Source: Bacilli bacterium
Lineage (GTDB): Bacteria > Bacillota_I > Bacilli_A > ML615J-28 > CAG-698
DNA: 39,131 nucleotides
Direction of reading: 5' to 3'
Assembly: GCA_028693535.1 (NCBI GenBank)
Contig: JAQUVC010000002.1
Coordinates: 1 to 39,131 of the forward strand
The position numbers and the translations under genes were made by a program. The notes under the pieces are model-generated. The model was not told where the DNA came from, searched no databases, and saw only the letters and a program-made list of their open reading frames with translations. Positions 34,472 through 39,131 of this stretch are shown piece after piece. Within the stretch, counting starts at the first letter, position 1. Every line of letters begins with the position of its first letter.

Positions 34472-35050
34472 TTACACTCTTTCATTTTTTATTTTCAAAA
34501 CAGAATTGATAATTTTTCGATAAACAGGAATCATTTCTTCCTCAGTACAGTATTTTTCTAATTCTCTTTCTTTAATCCACATGACACCACTATTTTCATC
34601 TTCTTTGGCTTTAACTTTTTCGTTTTCGTCAGCAATAAAAACATAGGTGACATTTAAATGCAAATGACAACTTACATACTGATCTCTTTTAATATGCCCA
34701 TAAACTGGTAGAATTTCTAAAGAAATGATATCAGAAGAAAAAGCTTTAAGATTGGTGATTCCAACCTCTTCCGTTGCTTCTTTTAATGCTACTTCATATA
34801 AATCAAAATCACCATCAACATGACCACCAGTCCATGACCAACTATCATAGATATTATGGTAAGCCATCAATATCTTTGTAAAGTCATGATTGCAAATTAA
34901 TCCTGACGCTGTTAAATGGGCAATTTTAATCTCACGAGTAAGAATTTTATTTTGATAGGTATCAATACACTCTAAAATCAGTTCTTTGTCTTTTATTTCT
35001 TGTTCACAAGTGGGTACAAATTTCTCAATTTGTTCACGATATTTTTCCAT
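34472..35050 (-). CDS. NUDIX hydrolase
   Basis: 192 aa. Nudix box GGHVDGDFDLYEVALKEATEEVGI (Gx5Ex7..AxxEExG pattern). GAGGA SD. Its stop is 3 nt from the phosphoesterase ATG. Confidence 0.85.
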   Translation of the reverse strand: MEKYREQIEKFVPTCEQEIKDKELILECIDTYQNKILTREIKIAHLTASGLICNHDFTKILMAYHNIYDSWSWTGGHVDGDFDLYEVALKEATEEVGITNLKAFSSDIISLEILPVYGHIKRDQYVSCHLHLNVTYVFIADENEKVKAKEDENSGVMWIKERELEKYCTEEEMIPVYRKIINSVLKIKNERV

Positions 35051-35102
35051 GATAAATCCTCATTTCAATACCGATATTATACCACGCTTTATTCGTTTTT
35101 TA

Positions 35103-35144
35103 AAGAAAAAATAAAAAATCCATAGGTGTGATTCCATATGGATT
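35103..35144 (-). terminator. Rho-independent terminator after the P-loop kinase gene
   Basis: Minus strand AATCCATA-TGGAATCACACC-TATGGATT (35144-35117) followed by TTTTTATTTTTTC. Followed by an extended -10 TGGTATAAT for the Nudix operon. Confidence 0.75.
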
Positions 35145-35151
35145 AGCAGCA

Positions 35152-35691
35152 TCAATTACTCATATATTCTTTCACTTTAGAAAAGTCGAAAGTAAAATTC
35201 GTAGTATCGATATAATAAATATTTCCAAAATAATTTACTTTCCGTGAAGAAAGAATAAGCTCTCTAAAATCTGCTTCCGAACTTAAATCCACTGCTTGGT
35301 GAACCAAATTTCGTGTCTTACTAGCAATTCGTGCCATAAATCGTTGATGAAGGACAGTAATATCACCAGTAAGAACAAATGCAGTCACTTGATAATGATA
35401 CTTTTTTGTTAACTCTTCAAGATATCGTAATTCATGTTCTCGAAAATTACTTTCCAAAATAAAACTAATCTCTTTTTCCATAAATTCTTGTGCTAAGTAT
35501 TTAAACAATTCAAAAGTAGCAATACTAAGACGAAGATTTTCAGCTCGATCTTTAAATCCGATAGTATCACCCAATATTTCTTTCACAATGTCTTTATTAA
35601 TCACAACCAGACTCAAATTTTGTCCAATTTTTTTTGCAAATGTAGTTTTCCCAGCAGCCAAATCGCCGCCTACTAGAATCATTTTTTTCAT
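35152..35691 (-). CDS. P-loop NTPase/kinase-like ATP-binding protein (AAA_33/zeta-toxin-like fold)
   Basis: 179 aa. Walker A GGDLAAGKTT at residues 8-17. Walker-B-like ISFILESNF. Size and layout match small-molecule/nucleotide kinases. ATGA overlap with the upstream gene. Confidence 0.6.
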   Translation of the reverse strand: MKKMILVGGDLAAGKTTFAKKIGQNLSLVVINKDIVKEILGDTIGFKDRAENLRLSIATFELFKYLAQEFMEKEISFILESNFREHELRYLEELTKKYHYQVTAFVLTGDITVLHQRFMARIASKTRNLVHQAVDLSSEADFRELILSSRKVNYFGNIYYIDTTNFTFDFSKVKEYMSN

Positions 35692-36557
35692 ATTTTCTCC
35701 TTAGGATTTGAAATAAATTGATTCAATAATTTTATAACATCATCCATATCCAATAAGATTATTTCATCCAATTCATATTGATTGGAAAGGAACCAAATAA
35801 ACTTTGCTCCCAAATAATATCCAACATCAGAATAGTCCTTGTAAGTCACCCAATCGCCAAAATATCTTTGATTTTCTTTGGTCATAGTATCTAAATCATT
35901 GGTGAAGTCATGTCTAATTTCATCGAAATGATTTTCGCACCATTTAAGCCAACCATGACTATCTTGGTGAAAAAATGACGAATTATCAATAAGAATTTGC
36001 TCAAAATACATGGCGATTCCTTCTGTAAACAATTGCCATAAAAGTTGTTCACGATGATTCCTTGTATTTCTTTCCAAAATTCCATATTGCATTTGATAGA
36101 TATGACCTAGTTCATGATAAATAAGACCATACATCGATTGTAAATCAAACCATTGCAATTCCATTATCTTTTCAATTCCTAAAAGAATAGTTTGTTTATT
36201 ATCAATTTTTATTGCCCATCCTGCACCATTACATAGTCCAAGGTACAAAATAATATCCACATCTATTGATTTTCCAAACGTAGCAACGATTTTTTGTTCA
36301 AGATTCTGAGTAACAAAATCAAATAAAGAAACCACCCGATTAACATCTCTTTCGTGAGAATGTACCAAATTTAAAATAGGTAAAAAATCCTTCTTAAAAT
36401 GATATTTACCAGTATTTATCATATTATTCATATCATTAATAAATAAATCACTATAACTGGGAAGTATTTTTTCTATGTAGATTCGCCAATTCTTCAAATC
36501 AAACGATCCATTTGAAAATATATCTTGTATCATATCTAATGTGTTAATAATTTTCAA
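35688..36557 (-). CDS. Putative Zn-dependent metalloprotease-like protein (HExxH; DUF2268-like)
   Basis: 289 aa. TTG start (36557-36555) 7 nt after a GAGGTGA SD. LIYHELGHIY HExxH motif followed by TEGIAMYF (possible third ligand Glu). No signal peptide. Confidence 0.5.
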   Translation of the reverse strand: MKIINTLDMIQDIFSNGSFDLKNWRIYIEKILPSYSDLFINDMNNMINTGKYHFKKDFLPILNLVHSHERDVNRVVSLFDFVTQNLEQKIVATFGKSIDVDIILYLGLCNGAGWAIKIDNKQTILLGIEKIMELQWFDLQSMYGLIYHELGHIYQMQYGILERNTRNHREQLLWQLFTEGIAMYFEQILIDNSSFFHQDSHGWLKWCENHFDEIRHDFTNDLDTMTKENQRYFGDWVTYKDYSDVGYYLGAKFIWFLSNQYELDEIILLDMDDVIKLLNQFISNPKEKI

Positions 36558-36611
36558 ATTTGATCACCTCGTTTATAAGTATATCATAAAAAAATATCAT
36601 ATAACAAATAT

Positions 36612-36647
36612 AAAACAAAAATGACCTGATTTTTAATATCAAGTCAT
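36612..36647 (-). terminator. Rho-independent terminator after tRNA-Lys
   Basis: Minus strand ATGACTTGAT-ATTAAAA-ATCAGGTCAT (36647-36621, one G-U pair) followed by TTTTGTTTT. Confidence 0.7.
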
Positions 36648-36658
36648 TAGTTTTTAAC

Positions 36659-36734
36659 TGGTACACTCTCGGGGGCTCGAACCCCGGACCCACTGATTAA
36701 GAGTCAGTTGCTCTGCCAACTGAGCTAAGAATGC
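36659..36734 (-). tRNA. tRNA-Lys (anticodon CTT), CCA encoded
   Basis: Manual fold of GCATTCT TA GCTC AGTTGGCA GAGC A ACTGA CTCTTAA TCAGT GGGTC CGGGG TTCGAGC CCCCG AGAGTGT A CCA. 7/4/5/5-bp stems, GTTCGAGC T-loop, anticodon loop C-T-CTT-A-A. 76 nt. Confidence 0.9.
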
Positions 36735-36749
36735 ATTTGAACCTTAATT

Positions 36750-36778
36750 ATTATACTACACCAACACTTCAAAATCAA
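36750..36778 (-). promoter_or_regulatory. Sigma-A-type promoter for tRNA-Lys
   Basis: Minus strand TTGATT (36778-36773), 17 nt, TATAAT (36755-36750), about 15 nt upstream of the tRNA 5' end. Confidence 0.65.
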
Positions 36779-36800
36779 CGTTTTTTTAAAATTAATCAGT

Positions 36801-36828
36801 TAAAAAGCTCTTCTTTTTAGAAGAGCTT
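36801..36828 (-). terminator. Rho-independent terminator after the MATE gene
   Basis: Minus strand AAGCTCTTCT-AAAA-AGAAGAGCTT (36828-36805), with the TAA stop inside the 5' arm, followed by TTTTAA. Confidence 0.65.
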
Positions 36829-38215
36829 AAGCAATGATATGAGATGTTGTTAAGTTTGTTGCCCACTTCCCACTTCTAACAAAGGCATAACCAATAAATG
36901 ATTTCAAGAAATCAGAACCTTGAACAATTGCATAAACAACTATGATATCAAGCGTGAAATATTTTGCCAGGATAAATGCTAAGGGTAAACTATATAGTAT
37001 TTGAAATCCTGAATCAAAGATCATGGTATAGATTGTTTTACCACCCGACCTTAAGATGAAGAAACACCCTACATTGAATGTAAAAATAGGCATACAACAA
37101 CAAATAACAATAATGAATGAGGTTGCCAAGTGTCTAATATGATCATCTACATTATACAACAAAGGAATATAAGGGGATACAAGCAAATAAAGACCAGCAA
37201 GAATCATTGCCACAAAAACAGCAAAAGCAAGAAGTTTATTCGCATTATCTTTGGCTTCTTCTATTCTATTTGCTCCTAATTCTTTACCAACAAAGATAGC
37301 AATACCCATTCCTAGGGCACCAAAAACAACAAATAGAAGATTAGATGCAGCTGATGAGATACTCAAAGCAGCAACAACAGCTTTTCCTCTTAAGGCAAAG
37401 CTAAACATGATTAAAGTTGAACCCAACCCCCAAAATAATTCATTCAACAATAATGGTGTTCCTTTTCTTGTGATTGATCTTACCAATCCTTTATCAATAC
37501 GAAAATGAGAAAACAAATTTTTCGTAAATGAATAACGTTTGATAAACATAATTACCAAAAGAATGCTCATTTCTACTGCTCTACTTATTAGTGTAGCATA
37601 TGCTGCTCCTTTAACACCAAGTGCTGGGAACCCTAGTTTACCAAATATTAAGATATAGTTTAAGACTGCATTTACTAAAACTGCAGAGATACCACTATAA
37701 AGTGGAATTTTAACTTTTCCTATTTCGCGAAGTGTTGTAGCAATGATTTGCGAGATTGAAAAAAGAGGCAATGACAATACAATTATTTTTAAATATTCAA
37801 GACCATGTCCCACTGCTATTTCTTCTGATACTTCTTCATTATCAAACACCAATCTAATGATTTGTTCGCCAAAAATAGTAAAAATAATCATTGCTACTGC
37901 TGTAATTGCTAGTGATAGAATGATTTTAAACCGAAAAGACTGACGAAGATGTTCCTCATCTTTTGCACCAAAATACTGAGAAACAAAGATTCCAGGTCCA
38001 GCAAGGCCACCAATAGTGACAGTGATAAAAAGAAATAAAATTTGATTGCTGACAGCCACACCAGCAATTGAATCAGCATCTAAGCGTCCGACCATAATAT
38101 TATCTAATAGACCAACAAAACTCGTTAATCCTTGTTGCATCATAATAGGAATCACGATGGCAATGACTGCTGCATAAAATGCTTTTGTTCCTATTAAGCG
38201 TTTTAACTTTTTCAT
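36827..38215 (-). CDS. MATE-family efflux transporter
   Basis: 462 aa, 12 TM helices. N-terminal IPIMMQQGLTSFVGLLDNIMVGRL typical of MATE/NorM-type pumps. AGGAG SD. Confidence 0.9.
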   Translation of the reverse strand: MKKLKRLIGTKAFYAAVIAIVIPIMMQQGLTSFVGLLDNIMVGRLDADSIAGVAVSNQILFLFITVTIGGLAGPGIFVSQYFGAKDEEHLRQSFRFKIILSLAITAVAMIIFTIFGEQIIRLVFDNEEVSEEIAVGHGLEYLKIIVLSLPLFSISQIIATTLREIGKVKIPLYSGISAVLVNAVLNYILIFGKLGFPALGVKGAAYATLISRAVEMSILLVIMFIKRYSFTKNLFSHFRIDKGLVRSITRKGTPLLLNELFWGLGSTLIMFSFALRGKAVVAALSISSAASNLLFVVFGALGMGIAIFVGKELGANRIEEAKDNANKLLAFAVFVAMILAGLYLLVSPYIPLLYNVDDHIRHLATSFIIVICCCMPIFTFNVGCFFILRSGGKTIYTMIFDSGFQILYSLPLAFILAKYFTLDIIVVYAIVQGSDFLKSFIGYAFVRSGKWATNLTTSHIIA

Positions 38216-38225
38216 ATATTCTCCT

Positions 38226-38252
38226 AAAAAAACTACTTGACCTGCAAGTAGT
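38226..38252 (-). terminator. Rho-independent terminator after pduL
   Basis: Minus strand ACTACTTG-CAGGT-CAAGTAGT (38252-38232) followed by TTTTTTT. Confidence 0.75.
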
Positions 38253-38259
38253 ATATTTT

Positions 38260-38835
38260 CTATTTAATAATTTCTCCGTAAGTGCTCATGCCAACATACC
38301 CTGCATTTGATTCATCAGTATCAATATGCATAGCAGCAGCAAAATCTTCTCTAACGCGAATTACAACATCGCCGAAAATTACTGATCTTTGATCATTTTC
38401 TACTTTCACACTTACGATTTGTCTATCCTTCAGACCCATTTCTTCAGCATCTTTCGGTGTTAAGTGAATGTGTCTTTTAGCAACGATTACTCCTTCAAGA
38501 ATGTCAATTTCTCCATTAGGACCAATTAGTTTACACCCTGGAGTACCTGCTATATCACCAGATTCTCTAATTACAATGTCTATTCCTAAGGTTCTAGCAT
38601 CTGTTGCAGATACCTCAACTTGAGTTTTTCCTCTTACTGGCCCTAAAATAGAAACATTGGGAATGCTTTTCTTGGGGCCTACTACAGTGACCTTTTCCTC
38701 ACAGGCGTATTGACCTGGTTGAGAAAGCATTTTTTTAATTGTTAATGATGCTCCTTTGCCAAATAATGTTTCCAAATCCGCTGGTGATAAGTGAACATGG
38801 CGAGCAGATGTTTCTACTAATACTTTATTACTCAT
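38260..38835 (-). CDS. pduL: Phosphate acyltransferase PduL (phosphate propanoyl/acetyltransferase)
   Basis: ORF to 38850. The ATG at 38835 (MSNKVLVETS) lies 7 nt after GGAGG. Duplicated PduL signature SARHVHLS / AKRHIHLT, plus QPGQYACEE, TDARTLGI and MHIDTDESNA, collinear with Salmonella PduL as recalled. Confidence 0.9.
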   Translation of the reverse strand: MSNKVLVETSARHVHLSPADLETLFGKGASLTIKKMLSQPGQYACEEKVTVVGPKKSIPNVSILGPVRGKTQVEVSATDARTLGIDIVIRESGDIAGTPGCKLIGPNGEIDILEGVIVAKRHIHLTPKDAEEMGLKDRQIVSVKVENDQRSVIFGDVVIRVREDFAAAMHIDTDESNAGYVGMSTYGEIIK

Positions 38836-38890
38836 GATTAATTCCTCCATAACTTCTATGTATTATATCACATTTAAATTTTATTTTCCA

Positions 38891-39131
38891 CTACTTTAAA
38901 TTCTTTATATATATTTCGTAAATCGTATCGGCTAACTTTTCTAAACTAGTATTTTCGTTTTTAATGATATAATCAACATTTATTTTCTCTTTATCAAAAA
39001 AGTGGCGATCATTGATAATTCGTTTCTCAATTTGTTCACGATTATCCCCTCGAAGAGCCATCCGTAAAATCCTTGTTTCCTCTGCTGTGTCTAGATAAAT
39101 AGCAAAGATTGCATTTGGCATCTTTTCTTGA
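38891..39131 (-). CDS. C-terminal part of a guanylate-kinase-like / NMP-kinase-like protein (5' end outside the window)
   Basis: The reading frame stays open to the window edge. AIFAIYLDTAEETRILRMALRGDNREQIEKRIINDR resembles the FIxPPS..EL..RL..RG lid/C-terminal region of guanylate kinases. Weak assignment. Confidence 0.35.
   Translation of the reverse strand, partial: QEKMPNAIFAIYLDTAEETRILRMALRGDNREQIEKRIINDRHFFDKEKINVDYIIKNENTSLEKLADTIYEIYIKNLK

Noticed and set aside
32288-36734. A possible genomic island integrated at tRNA-Lys (accessory genes immediately downstream of the tRNA).
   Set aside because: No integrase or recombinase, no IS remnants, and I could not find a direct repeat of the tRNA 3' end anywhere downstream in the window. 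The genes are separated by ordinary promoters and terminators. It is treated as ordinary accessory content, not a demonstrable mobile element.

Overview
AT-rich (roughly one-third G+C by eye) chromosomal segment from a low-GC Bacillota-lineage organism. It uses the standard code, with TGA as a stop. Gene order is Bacillus-like. Several traits hint at an Acholeplasma/Erysipelotrichia-like lineage: exported proteins that are tail-anchored with no LPXTG or lipobox, aaRS genes without T-box leaders, a degenerate DnaE PHP motif and a 3-TM SecE. This placement is inference only. 40 of 41 protein genes and the single tRNA are on the minus strand; only yidD is on plus. Housekeeping backbone, read on the minus strand from right to left: pduL, a MATE pump, tRNA-Lys(CTT), a phosphoesterase/ytxK-like/ackA operon, dnaE-pfkA-metG, rplM-rpsI, an OmpR/HK two-component system, cysS-mrnC-rlmB-sigH-like, rpmG-secE-nusG, rplK-rplA, rplJ-rplL, ybxB. 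Many units have near-consensus sigma-A promoters (TTGnnn, 16-17 nt, TATAAT) and clear rho-independent terminators. Notable content: (1) a monocistronic heliorhodopsin with the Schiff-base Lys and counterion Glu intact and no retinal pathway nearby; (2) two translationally coupled, distantly paralogous tail-anchored surface proteins of unknown function between ackA and dnaE; (3) a 109-aa PII-like protein in an operon with a regulatory-domain-less cation:proton antiporter; (4) a coupled HExxH-protein/P-loop-kinase pair beside tRNA-Lys, followed by a Nudix plus secreted purple-acid-phosphatase-like pair; (5) a two-gene insertion (EEP nuclease/phosphatase plus serine hydrolase) splitting the normally contiguous nusG-rplK junction; (6) the same structured RNA motif in front of both rplK and rplA, plus an L10-leader-type attenuator. 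No CRISPR array, IS element, integrase or rRNA gene was seen. All family assignments come from motif recognition by eye and from memory; no searches were run.
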